Program-made: the position numbers and the translations under genes
NCBI GenBank assembly: GCA_963663405.2
Contig: CAXXSM010000016.1
Coordinates: 1 to 64,000 of the forward strand
Source: a bacterium
GTDB taxonomy: Bacteria > Hinthialibacterota > Hinthialibacteria > Hinthialibacterales > Hinthialibacteraceae
Length of the DNA: 64,000 nucleotides
Direction of reading: 5' to 3'
Shown: in pieces, positions 24,697 to 34,391 of the stretch
How the letters are laid out: the number at the start of each line of letters is the position of its first letter
Numbering within the stretch: position 1 is the stretch's first letter
The notes under the pieces: generated by a model
The model's input: the letters and a program-made list of their open reading frames with translations, nothing else
Databases searched by the model: none
Told to the model about the DNA's origin: nothing

Positions 24697-25680
24697 TTAA
24701 TCCATCAATTCCCAGCCATCGATCGCTGTAACGACACTTTCAACTAGGATCAAGCCGGTGAGTTCGGCGCTGCTGTCCCAGTTGCCAGAGCGATTGGTGG
24801 TGTTGACCTGATGTTCACGCTCTACGCTGGCGCCGAGCACATCCGCGTCGTTTTGCTGGGGGCTGATTCCGATCACGTCGTTTAATTCAAGGTCTCTAAT
24901 GATATGGAGATCATCTTCAAAAAAGGCCAGGAATCCGTTTTCCTGGTTGACGGCGTCGTTGACATCCACACCGACAACGCTGTTGGATAATTGTTCATTA
25001 TAGACAACAATCTTCAATTCCAAGTTCCATTCCACCGGCGCTTCCAGCCAGCCATCGACATTGGGGTCGGTGACACGAATCATCGCCGCGGATTCGACAT
25101 AGCCGTCATTCAAGTTGAATGGGAGGCCTGGCGCTTGGATCGATCCGTCGATTCCTTCGAAAACGGGCACGGAGATGAATTCTGTGCTAATGGGGATATT
25201 GCCGATCCCGTTTGGTTCATCGTCCGCTGTGTTGGGAATATCGAAGATGTATTGTGTGTGAAAGTCTGAATTTTCACCGTGCGAGGCGTCGCCGGTGTTT
25301 AATCCGTTCAGGATGAGTTCCATCCGTTCGTTCTGCCAGCCGCTGCCGCCTTGGGAAGAGCCCAATCCTTGCAGATTGATAAATACATCGTCTTTGATGT
25401 TGAACGCGAAATACAACGCGTTTGTTTCGTCATCCCAGGCGACTTTCATCACGATATCCAGATCCCCTTCGGTTGTGGGAGCGGGACTGTCCCCACTTCC
25501 GTTGACAATGATTTCAGGGATATCCGCCCAGGCGGGATCACTCAGATCGCCGTCGATGGTGGGGACAGAGGCCAGTTCCGGCGCTTCCAGCGTGTTGACA
25601 TTGACGCTTGTGTCTTGGGCGTACGCTCCAAAGACGAAGACCAGTGAGACAAGACCTACTGCAAATAGTTTGTTCATCAA
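24697..25680 (-). CDS. Exported CBM9/DOMON-like sugar-binding protein with C-terminal DGWELMD tail
   Basis: Signal peptide (..GAYAQ), PTIDGDLSDPAW, VAWDDETNALYFAFNIKDD. Confidence 0.75.
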   Translation of the reverse strand: MMNKLFAVGLVSLVFVFGAYAQDTSVNVNTLEAPELASVPTIDGDLSDPAWADIPEIIVNGSGDSPAPTTEGDLDIVMKVAWDDETNALYFAFNIKDDVFINLQGLGSSQGGSGWQNERMELILNGLNTGDASHGENSDFHTQYIFDIPNTADDEPNGIGNIPISTEFISVPVFEGIDGSIQAPGLPFNLNDGYVESAAMIRVTDPNVDGWLEAPVEWNLELKIVVYNEQLSNSVVGVDVNDAVNQENGFLAFFEDDLHIIRDLELNDVIGISPQQNDADVLGASVEREHQVNTTNRSGNWDSSAELTGLILVESVVTAIDGWELMD

Positions 25681-25903
25681 AAATCTCCTTCATTTCTATG
25701 TTGTGGAATGTACTTTACTACAAACCGTATTATACCTTTAAACATTTTATGAGGCGTAAATATGATTACCAAGGGCATAAGAGTGATAATTCAGTTAGAA
25801 TTACATTCGCAGATTGGGGAATTCCGGTTTATCCCTCACGTTTTTTGTGCCATAATGGCAAAAATATCAATTTCCATCACTATCTACTGAAAAGGGAGAT
25901 CTC

Positions 25904-26941
25904 ATGACTCGGAAAGATAAATATCGTTTTTCGTTCGGTCCTTGGAATATTCACTCCGGCGCGGATCCATTCGGTCCAGCGGTGCGGAAGGAACGGACAT
26001 TCGCCAATAAGTTGAAAGAGTATAAAAAACTCGGATTCGAGGGCGTGCAGCTGCACGATGATGATGTCGTCCCAGCTGATTGGGATGTAACCAAGACTAA
26101 ACGCGGCGTCAGTCGCGTTCGCAAAGCGATTGAAGATGAAGGCCTGGTTCCTGAATTTATCGCGCCGCGTCTGTGGGAAGATCCACGCACGATTGATGGT
26201 GGTATTACATCAAATAGTAAATCAGAACGGCAATACGCCATCGACCGTTCGAAACGATCTGTTGATATCGCCAATATGATCGGCACGGAATTGATCGTCT
26301 GGTGGCCGGCGCGGGAAGGATCGTATACGCGCGAAGCCAAAGATGCAGCGGCCTCGATCGGCCGGATGGTGGAATGGCTCGACGCGTTGTTGGAACATGA
26401 TCCCAAAATCAAGATTCTCGGCGAAATGAAACCAAACGAGCCGATGGATCAATCCTACTGCCCCACCGTCGGTCATTTTATCTCGCTGGCGTATAAGACC
26501 TGTGATCCGGAACGGGTGGGCGCGTTGATTGAATCCGCGCATTCCATGCTTGCGGGGCTGGATCCATCGGACGATATGGCGTTCGCGCTCTGGCATAACA
26601 AACTCTGGAGCGTGCATCTCAATGACCAGAACGGTCTGAAATACGACCAGGACCGGACCTTCGGCGCGGTTAATATCCGCCGGTCTTTCAATCAAGTTGA
26701 TGTTCTGGATCAAAATGGGTTTGGGAAAAACGGTGAATTCGTCGGATTGGACGTCAAAGCGCTGCGCACACAAAAAGACGCTGACGCGACCCTCCATCTT
26801 AAAAACAGCATGGAAATGTTCAACCTCCTGCTCAAAGTCTCACGCAGCATTGACCGCAAAAAACTGGAAGCCTTCCGCCAAAAACGCAACTACGAAGCGA
26901 TGGAGATGATGATTCTTAAGAAACTGATGAATGTGCGATGA
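25904..26941 (+). CDS. xylA: Xylose isomerase (short, class I-like)
   Basis: FSFGPWN..DPFG, QLHDDD, WPAREG, EMKPNEP, ESAH, HLNDQ, YDQD metal-binding motifs. Confidence 0.85.
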   Translation: MTRKDKYRFSFGPWNIHSGADPFGPAVRKERTFANKLKEYKKLGFEGVQLHDDDVVPADWDVTKTKRGVSRVRKAIEDEGLVPEFIAPRLWEDPRTIDGGITSNSKSERQYAIDRSKRSVDIANMIGTELIVWWPAREGSYTREAKDAAASIGRMVEWLDALLEHDPKIKILGEMKPNEPMDQSYCPTVGHFISLAYKTCDPERVGALIESAHSMLAGLDPSDDMAFALWHNKLWSVHLNDQNGLKYDQDRTFGAVNIRRSFNQVDVLDQNGFGKNGEFVGLDVKALRTQKDADATLHLKNSMEMFNLLLKVSRSIDRKKLEAFRQKRNYEAMEMMILKKLMNVR

Positions 26942-27023
26942 GATGGTGAAGTATCCCAAGGATTGAAATCCAGGACTATTTTCTTTTGTCCCGAAGGGAC
27001 ATTAGACACTGGAAAAGCTCATC

Positions 27024-28898
27024 CTACTTTCTCGACCGAAGTATTTCCAAAACTGCCTTCGCCCGATGAACGTATATATGTTCACGTATAATTCGTTCTT
27101 GCCCCTGCTTCCGGATTTCTTCTATTTTACTTACATCGTTCAAGTATTTTTTCGCGGTGTCCGCCGCTTCTTCGATAGTCTGGAACGTGATGGTTTCCTT
27201 TCCTGGTTCCAGCATTCCCCGATCCATATCTTCTACCCAATCACCGAGAACGGCTCCTCCCGCCATGGGCGCGTCGAAATCTCTTGTGTTAAGGCATGTT
27301 GGGCATTGGTGGCTATGGATGTTCAAGCAGAGTTGCGAGGAGGCGTAACAATCCGCAAGCGCTTCCTGTGGGACGAATCCACCGTAACGGTCTCGATAGG
27401 CGTCCGGGAGAGTGTCCAGCCATGTATCGGGGCCATAGACCTTCAAACCTAAGGGCAGCAGGGCTTCTACGTACTCTTTTCGTTTAAAATAGGTCGCGCA
27501 GTTATAGAGAAAATACTCCAATTCACCTTCCCGTTTTTTTAATCCTTTTGATGTTGACGCGCAGAAATGTTTTGCAGTTGAATAAAGGTGTTCCATCCAT
27601 ATGGATTGTGGATTGAGGGATTGAAGGTGTTCGGTAAACGAACGAGCGCTGTCAGAGCGGCGGTGTTTCTCCATACACTCTATCAATTCAACGCAGACGG
27701 TTGGCAGATCCCGCAAATAAGGCTGTACGCCGGGCAATGAGCCGACATACACAATCGGCGCGAACAGTTCATCCCGCCGTGTTCCCGGCTGTTTGAACAT
27801 CGTCGCAACAGGGATAAAGGCGGTGTTTTGGGTGAATGGCCGAAGCCGTTTTCGATATGTCCGTTCGGCGCAGAATACCCAATCGTTTTCCCCTAAACGC
27901 GGGGGGTGTTCTTCGTCTTCATACAACGTTGTGTCATCCACCAGAAAACAGGCCCGTGACCTATGGATTGATTCCACGGCGCCGGGCGCCAATCCGATAT
28001 CTTCCAAGAGTTCCATAGGCAAACCGTTGATAAAAAAGAAAAAATCCGGCTGTGTTTCAAAAAGGCTGCCTACGACGCGGAAATTCGTCGTGAAAGCGGA
28101 ATCAAATGGTTCCAAGAACGATTGAAGACCAGCCTCGGAAAAACCATTAAGAAACGCTTCCGCGATGGGGTGATGGATGTAGGCGTCCCGTTTTACACAG
28201 CACCAGACTGATTGAGGCAGTCCATCTAATGGACGCGCCATGCGCCGCTGAAATGTAGTGATCGTTTCATCGAAGGAGACGGCTCTATCCTGCATACGCC
28301 GAGCTAGCGCTTTCGCTTCTTCCACACGCGTGGAGGCGAGTGGATCGATGGGAAGGGCGCCCAACAGATATGCGATATCCTTCGCTGGCAGCAGATAGAC
28401 ATACTCGCGAATAATAAATTCAGCCAATCGCTTACAAGCGTCCGGTCCGTCAAACAAGTAGATTCGATCGTGCCCGATAATCTCCCGCGCGTCAAATAGG
28501 GACAAGATAGCCGCCCAGGAACTAATGTCAGGCTCAAACACGGCGGCGGCGGAATGGGGATAGTTACGCAAGAGCGCCGGTAATTCCAGCGCCGCGTGTC
28601 CAATACCTACTCCCGCTATGATGATGAATCGGCTTCGGCGTTGAAACGCTTCGCGCAGCGCTTGTTTCTGCCCTTGAAGAAGCGCTTCGCTTCCTTCTCT
28701 TTGAAAAAGGATTCGCGGGCCGGATGGCGCACTAACGCGAACAATTTCGATCCTACCCTCTGTTTCGACGATATCTAACGAACCGGCGGCTTCTCTTATT
28801 GACACTGGATTAGAGAGAAAATCGGGCCGGGCCGCTGGCAGCGCCCGCAGGTTTTGTTCGAGTGTCTCACGATGATATTCTGCCAAAGGGCGCTTCAT
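27024..28898 (-). CDS. CgeB/DUF3880-type glycosyltransferase with Maf-like N-terminal Rossmann domain
   Basis: IIIAGVGIGH..AVFEPD; VYVGS; LKVYGP..W; LNIHSHQ..LNTRDFD..MAGG; GQERIIREHIYVHRA. Confidence 0.8.
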   Translation of the reverse strand: MKRPLAEYHRETLEQNLRALPAARPDFLSNPVSIREAAGSLDIVETEGRIEIVRVSAPSGPRILFQREGSEALLQGQKQALREAFQRRSRFIIIAGVGIGHAALELPALLRNYPHSAAAVFEPDISSWAAILSLFDAREIIGHDRIYLFDGPDACKRLAEFIIREYVYLLPAKDIAYLLGALPIDPLASTRVEEAKALARRMQDRAVSFDETITTFQRRMARPLDGLPQSVWCCVKRDAYIHHPIAEAFLNGFSEAGLQSFLEPFDSAFTTNFRVVGSLFETQPDFFFFINGLPMELLEDIGLAPGAVESIHRSRACFLVDDTTLYEDEEHPPRLGENDWVFCAERTYRKRLRPFTQNTAFIPVATMFKQPGTRRDELFAPIVYVGSLPGVQPYLRDLPTVCVELIECMEKHRRSDSARSFTEHLQSLNPQSIWMEHLYSTAKHFCASTSKGLKKREGELEYFLYNCATYFKRKEYVEALLPLGLKVYGPDTWLDTLPDAYRDRYGGFVPQEALADCYASSQLCLNIHSHQCPTCLNTRDFDAPMAGGAVLGDWVEDMDRGMLEPGKETITFQTIEEAADTAKKYLNDVSKIEEIRKQGQERIIREHIYVHRAKAVLEILRSRK

Positions 28899-28922
28899 GG
28901 AATGGTACTTTTGTTCCTTTTA

Positions 28923-29161
28923 TTGTCTGAATCGGGATAGCCAGGATTTATAGGATATTCAGGATTTGTATTTATGACGTTTATCTCATGATATATTAAT
29001 CCTGCCTATTTAGATGAATTGGATGAGAAAACATTTTACTATTCATACCAAACTAGGATATCTATTCAAATCAGAATGACTTAGAGAGAGGAATATAGTG
29101 GTTATTCATATTGCTTTTATCCTGCCCATCCTCAAAATCCTGGCTATCCCGATTCAGACAA
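28923..29161. repeat. Inverted pair of GTCTGAATC elements with 27-bp identical arms
   Basis: TTGTCTGAATCGGGATAGCCAGGATTT at 28923 (+) and ending at 29161 (-). Confidence 0.9.
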
Positions 29162-31025
29162 AATTCAGTTTCATTTCTTTCGAAATCCAATTCATCCAGT
29201 GATTGTATGTCCATTCATTTCGTACGCGTTCTTGACCACGGGCGCGGATTTCATCGCATTCGTTTGGGTGATGGAGATAGTATTGAATTTTCTCCATGAG
29301 TTCATTTCTTGATTGATAATAAACCGCTTCGGATTCCGGTTGGAGATAATTGGAGAATTTTCCATCCGTGATTTGAAGCCCTCCCATGCCCGCGGCGTTG
29401 AAGAATCGCATGTTAGGGCCTGTCACATGGCCCACGGAATGAATATTGATAAATAGAGCGCCGTGCGCAAATGTTTTAGACTCTTCATGAAGGGGAAGCG
29501 GACCGCGCCAACATCGGCGGAGAGGGGCGTTTGGCGCAAGGTATCCATCCCAATCCCCTCCAAACAAGGCAAGTCCCATTGGGGCGATCGATTCCAGCAG
29601 CGTCCGCCGCCGCGCCGCCGATCCCTGGCAGAGCAGATACCGGAACACCTCGTATTCCTCTTGTCCGGTTTGAATCTGGGGAATCGGATTATTATGTATG
29701 TAATTATATAGATTTTCGCGCCGATCAAAATCACTCAAATCCTGTTCCGCTTTTTTGAAATATTGCAGAAGCGCGTCTCTTCCCTTCCATTGATTGAAGA
29801 ACGCTTCTACAGCCGCCGGCGTCAATCCCAACGAATTCCCTACAAATACAATTGGAACACGCCGGTCTGTTGGCGCAGGGCTGTTCGCGCAGATATCCGC
29901 CATGATTGGAACGAAAAATGGATGAGGGGCGCCTCTTTTTTTGAAAATATGGATCAAATTCCGTTCGATCAGCGCTGTATATTCTTCCGCATAGTATTTG
30001 GTGTCATAGTACGCGATATTTGAGACCACCTGTAGACAAGGAATTCGCAGCGCTTCATAGATCGCCTCCCCCAAAATGCGGGGCGCATGATAGCCGTAAC
30101 TGATGAGTAAATCCGGCGCGAAAGAATCCAACAATGAGAGCAAGGACAGTTCAATACGGCGGCGGTATTCCTTCTCATACGAATCGATCTGGTACCGGTT
30201 TAATGGAAACAAGCGGGTTTGAACCGATCGCGCTTCAAACGCCCGTTGGATCGCTTGAATGTGCAACCCACCCGGCGCGCCCGGCCAGCAGTCGATCAAC
30301 AACGCTCGTTTAACGTTTGTCCGGTTTGTCTCCCGCTGGTTCAATTGAGAAAGCGCTTTTACTCGGTATGTTTGGTGTTCTGTCGATCGTTTTTCGTATT
30401 GTTCATTAAACTCATCCAACGTACAATCCAGCTGCGTTTCCGGGCTGCGGTACAGTACGCGTCGTTTTGCGCCCCAGAGATTGAAGCGCTCAACCGCGCG
30501 GAGAATCCCTTCTACATTGATCTCACTAACGATGAAATGCAGACGCCCTTTGGCCAACCAGGCGCGTAAATCCATCGCGGCGAAACAGGCGCGGAGCCGG
30601 GCGGCGGTAGGCTCGATGACCAATATGTTTCGTTCCGGATGGGACGCGAGTGACGAAAGCGTCTGCGCCAGGACATATCCGCAAGCGTTTCCAGCGAGGA
30701 TGAGAAGCGTTGTATCCGCCGGGATCGACATGATCTCCCGCCGGATCGCTTCAAGTTCACGTTGGGGGGATGTTCCGCCAAAAATCCACTGTTCCGGTTC
30801 CACCTGAATGCGGCAGCGGATCAGGCCATCCTGGTTTTGGAAGAGGAGTTCTTCCGATTTGACGGCGTTTTGGATCGTTCGATGCAACGCTGCGTCTATT
30901 ACGTTCAGATACGCAAGGTTGTTTTCAAGCGCCGGAGTCATCAATTGACTGAGAGAAATCCATTCGCCGGGCAAGAGCGCCTCCTCTAGAATTCGCTGCG
31001 AAAAACCGGGCTTTCGATCCACCAT
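29154..31025 (-). CDS. CgeB/DUF3880-type glycosyltransferase, paralog of 27024-28898
   Basis: ILAGNACGY..LVIEPT; IVFVGNS; INIHS..PNMRFFN..GMGG; GQERVRNEWTYNHW. Confidence 0.8.
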   Translation of the reverse strand: MVDRKPGFSQRILEEALLPGEWISLSQLMTPALENNLAYLNVIDAALHRTIQNAVKSEELLFQNQDGLIRCRIQVEPEQWIFGGTSPQRELEAIRREIMSIPADTTLLILAGNACGYVLAQTLSSLASHPERNILVIEPTAARLRACFAAMDLRAWLAKGRLHFIVSEINVEGILRAVERFNLWGAKRRVLYRSPETQLDCTLDEFNEQYEKRSTEHQTYRVKALSQLNQRETNRTNVKRALLIDCWPGAPGGLHIQAIQRAFEARSVQTRLFPLNRYQIDSYEKEYRRRIELSLLSLLDSFAPDLLISYGYHAPRILGEAIYEALRIPCLQVVSNIAYYDTKYYAEEYTALIERNLIHIFKKRGAPHPFFVPIMADICANSPAPTDRRVPIVFVGNSLGLTPAAVEAFFNQWKGRDALLQYFKKAEQDLSDFDRRENLYNYIHNNPIPQIQTGQEEYEVFRYLLCQGSAARRRTLLESIAPMGLALFGGDWDGYLAPNAPLRRCWRGPLPLHEESKTFAHGALFINIHSVGHVTGPNMRFFNAAGMGGLQITDGKFSNYLQPESEAVYYQSRNELMEKIQYYLHHPNECDEIRARGQERVRNEWTYNHWMNWISKEMKLNFV

Positions 31026-31124
31026 TCATCTGTGTACAATGCAAAGGATTACCCGCGTTTATCTTACTCGCAACGGTATGAGGATAAACCCCATTTTGAA
31101 TGGATCGAGAAAATAGAAATTCCC

Positions 31125-31619
31125 ATGACGGAACCAATCGCTCTTCCACGTTACACGGAATGTTTTGTCTGCGGCCGGGATAATCCCATTGGTCTGGATG
31201 TGACGTTCTACTATCAAAACGGCCGGATCGAGACGGCGTTCACCCCCCACCGCGCGCATACAGGTTACCAGGATGTCGTGCATGGCGGTGTCTTGGCGGC
31301 GCTGTTGGATGAGTGCATGGGCTGGACCTCGATTCTCTCGCGCTGTGTCATGTGTTATACCGCCGAACTGACACTGCGCTATAAGGAATCCGTCAAACCA
31401 GGGAACCGTCTGCTGATTTATGGAGAGTTACACAAAGCCCGAAAACGGATCATCACAGCTCGTGGCGCCGTGGAACTCGAAGATGGAACCATCGTTTGCG
31501 CCGGCGAGGGAAAATACATCCCCCTATCTGAAGAGGAGATGAAAGAAGTCTGCGGCTACGCCAATTGGGGAGACCGGTTTCAGAACATCGTGCAACAAAT
31601 CCATGCGTTGCGGGAATAA
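31125..31619 (+). CDS. PaaI-family (hotdog) thioesterase
   Basis: CFVCGRDNPIGL, VHGGVLAALLDE, TAELTLRY. Confidence 0.9.
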   Translation: MTEPIALPRYTECFVCGRDNPIGLDVTFYYQNGRIETAFTPHRAHTGYQDVVHGGVLAALLDECMGWTSILSRCVMCYTAELTLRYKESVKPGNRLLIYGELHKARKRIITARGAVELEDGTIVCAGEGKYIPLSEEEMKEVCGYANWGDRFQNIVQQIHALRE

Positions 31620-32349
31620 GAGTTCACAATAAAGTCAAATCTTACAATTTTGCATGTCAGGTATCCCGTTTGCGTAAACTAGTTGGTTCATCCGTGGACA
31701 GCGAATCATTCAGCGGGCAATATCGATTCTTTACAACTTTGATAAAACGAGTTAATTGATCGTCTAGTTAAGCGCATCTACGGTTTTTTTAAAGGAAATT
31801 TGAAGATTGGAGCGCGCTAAAAAACACGTTAAAAAGAGCGGCGCGCGCGGCGTATAAAAAGAGTGTTCTATCTCAAATCCAAAATCCACAGGAGACCGCC
31901 ATAGAAGGCTCTTAATGGGATTAAATCACAGAAAAGGCTTAGGACATCAACTTTCCAGGATCACGGCGCTCTACGCGTTTTTTTCCGAAGAATGGCATGG
32001 AATAGAAGCGCGACGAGTTCTTCAAAAAAAAATATATAAAAACGAATTCAAACGCCTTGTCATTCATCAAATTCCGCCTAATCTCATGAGGAGGAATTTT
32101 TAAAAAACACGTTTTTTCTTAGGAAAAAACGTGTTTTTCAACCCAAGGGCGAAGAAAGCTCATAAGATCGATCTAACTCTCAATAAATCAGTTTTTTACT
32201 ATTTACCAGTGTAATAGCCTCAAAATTGCAATCGAAAAAAATTTGAAAATCGTTAGAGTTTTTTTTTAATAGAGCTAACTGTAGTTCCTGTAAAAAGTTA
32301 GAGTGAGAGAGGTTTCTCTGTTAGATAAAAGAATCTGTTTTTTTGGCTT

Positions 32350-32700
32350 GATCGAATGTGGAAGAGATGGTAAAAAAAGAAACTCAGTTTGAGATTGATT
32401 TTTCATAACATTTGGAAAATCAATATGTTGTTAGTAACCTGTGAATTGTTGTGAATATTCTATGAATAAGTGAAACAGGCAGTGAGAAAAGCATGGATAA
32501 AGCGTCTTGATAATGTGGACTATGCAGGAATCAGTCTACAGTTATTGTGTTTTACCCGCCCGTATTCTCACATTTGTTTCATCTTACATTGAGTGTGCGG
32601 TCCCGCCCATGTGATTTTCGTTAGGATGGCGTGTGTTTTTCTTTATAATCTTGCAATAGATTAAATAGGTTTGAATGCGTTTTAAACCGTATGGATTGTC
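32350..32700. other. Probable oriC region: clustered DnaA-box-like 9-mers in AT-rich intergenic DNA upstream of dnaA
   Basis: TGTGAATTG 32440, TGTGAATAT 32450, TATGAATAA 32461, CATGGATAA 32492, TGTGGACTA 32514, ATTCTCACA 32564 (1-2 mismatches to TGTGNAWAA or its complement). Confidence 0.6.
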
Positions 32701-32805
32701 GTCGGTGGATTCAGTGAAGAGAATGTCGAAGACAGGATGATTTCATTCGCTACGTGGTATAAGTTCTGTTTTTCGTAGGTAAGAGAGATTGTAAATGGAG
32801 GTTAG

Positions 32806-34182
32806 GTGATAATGATTTGTGAACCTTTGAATGCGGGGGCGTCAAATATGCGGGCGCTTTGGAAACAAACGCAAGGACGGTTGAGGGAACTGATTTCAGA
32901 AGAGGAGTATAATGATTGGTTTGAAAATGTGCATATAGAAGAAATTCGTGATGAAACAGTCATTTTTGGGATTCCAAGCGGCTACCGCAGGGACTACATC
33001 GAAGAGAATTACCAATCGCTACTAGGTTCGATTATATCTTCCTTATTGGGGGAGCCGATTCGAGCCGAGATTCTTCTCAGTGACACCCCTGTTGAAGAAT
33101 GGAACGAACCGGAAGGGAGAACGGCCATTCATACGGAGACGGATACGCCCCTGGAATTGGAGCCACTTAACGAACACTACACGTTCACGAGCTACGTGGT
33201 CGGCGCCAGCAACAAAATTGCGCACGCCGCGGCGGAAGCGATCGCCCAAGAGTCTTCGATAAAACCCTACAACAATCCGTTCTTCCTTTACGGCGGTGTA
33301 GGATTGGGGAAAACCCATTTGATGCAGGCGATTGGAAACGAAGTGCTTAAACTCCACACAGGCAAACGCGTCGCCTATCTCTCGGCGGAACAATTCGTCA
33401 ATCTTTTCATCGATGCGATCAAACGCAACGACCGTCTTTCTTTTCAGGCGACATTCCGCAATGTGGACGTCTTGTTGGTCGACGACATCCAATTTTTAGA
33501 GGGGAAAGAATCCACTTTGGAGGAATTCTTTCATACCTTTAACGCGCTGCATAACCGGCGCAAACAGATCGTCATCTCAAGCGACCGGCCTCCAAAGGAT
33601 ATCCGATCGATCCAAGACCGCCTGCGTTCACGGTTCGAATGGGGATTGATCGTCGATATCGAACCCCCGGAGTTCGAACACCGCATGGCCATTCTCCGGC
33701 AGAAATGTGAAAACATCAACGCCGATGTGCCCGACGAGGTGCTTGAATTCATCGCGAACCGGATCCGGTCCTCTGTGCGGGAATTGGAAGGGGCGCTTTC
33801 GAAAATCATGGCGCACACCCATATCGCCGAAGAGCGGGTGGATGTCGAAACAGCGGGAAAACTGCTGGGAGAATTTTCGGACCACTCACAAAAAGATGTC
33901 ACGATCGAACGCATTCAACGCAAAGTGGCGGATTATTTCAATATCAAAACCGCCGATATCATGGGATCGAGCCGCTCCCGCTCCATCGCGAAACCCCGGC
34001 AAATCGCCATGTATCTCAGCCGGAAATTGACACGACACTCGTTCCCTGAAATCGGCACGTTTTTTGGTAACAAAGATCACACCACCATCATGTTCGCGCA
34101 TAAAAAAATCTCAAAAGAAATGGAAACCGACACGGATTTGCGCGCAATGATTCAACGCCTGACTGATTCCGTCGCCTATTGA
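32806..34182 (+). CDS. dnaA: Chromosomal replication initiator DnaA
   Basis: YTFxxYVVGASN, YGGVGLGKTHL Walker A, LLVDDIQF, EEFFHTFN, RLRSRF, RQIAMYL, DHTT. Confidence 0.99.
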   Translation: MIMICEPLNAGASNMRALWKQTQGRLRELISEEEYNDWFENVHIEEIRDETVIFGIPSGYRRDYIEENYQSLLGSIISSLLGEPIRAEILLSDTPVEEWNEPEGRTAIHTETDTPLELEPLNEHYTFTSYVVGASNKIAHAAAEAIAQESSIKPYNNPFFLYGGVGLGKTHLMQAIGNEVLKLHTGKRVAYLSAEQFVNLFIDAIKRNDRLSFQATFRNVDVLLVDDIQFLEGKESTLEEFFHTFNALHNRRKQIVISSDRPPKDIRSIQDRLRSRFEWGLIVDIEPPEFEHRMAILRQKCENINADVPDEVLEFIANRIRSSVRELEGALSKIMAHTHIAEERVDVETAGKLLGEFSDHSQKDVTIERIQRKVADYFNIKTADIMGSSRSRSIAKPRQIAMYLSRKLTRHSFPEIGTFFGNKDHTTIMFAHKKISKEMETDTDLRAMIQRLTDSVAY

Positions 34183-34324
34183 CAACGCTAGAAACGAAAC
34201 GCCAGTTTGTTCTACTCGTGAGGATTGTGCACAATTCAAGAGAAACAAAATCAATTAATTATACCGTTACTATTTCACCGGAAATCCGGTTTTTAAAATG
34301 ACGGGGCGCACAGGTCCAGGGACG

Positions 34325-34355
34325 CCGCACTCGTTATATAACGAGTGCGGTTTTT
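34325..34355 (+). terminator. Intrinsic terminator (26-bp perfect palindrome + T5)
   Basis: CCGCACTCGTTATATAACGAGTGCGG-TTTTT. Confidence 0.85.
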
Positions 34356-34391
34356 AATGGAAGGTCATAACAAACAGGCGCCACATGAAGA

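Noticed and set aside
31915-32103. 62-aa ORF in the dnaA upstream region
   Set aside because: No RBS or recognisable motif; lies within origin-like non-coding DNA
34300-34325. tmRNA-like 5' end (GGGGCGCACAGGT)
   Set aside because: No TTCGAC continuation or tRNA-like 3' end; a terminator follows immediately
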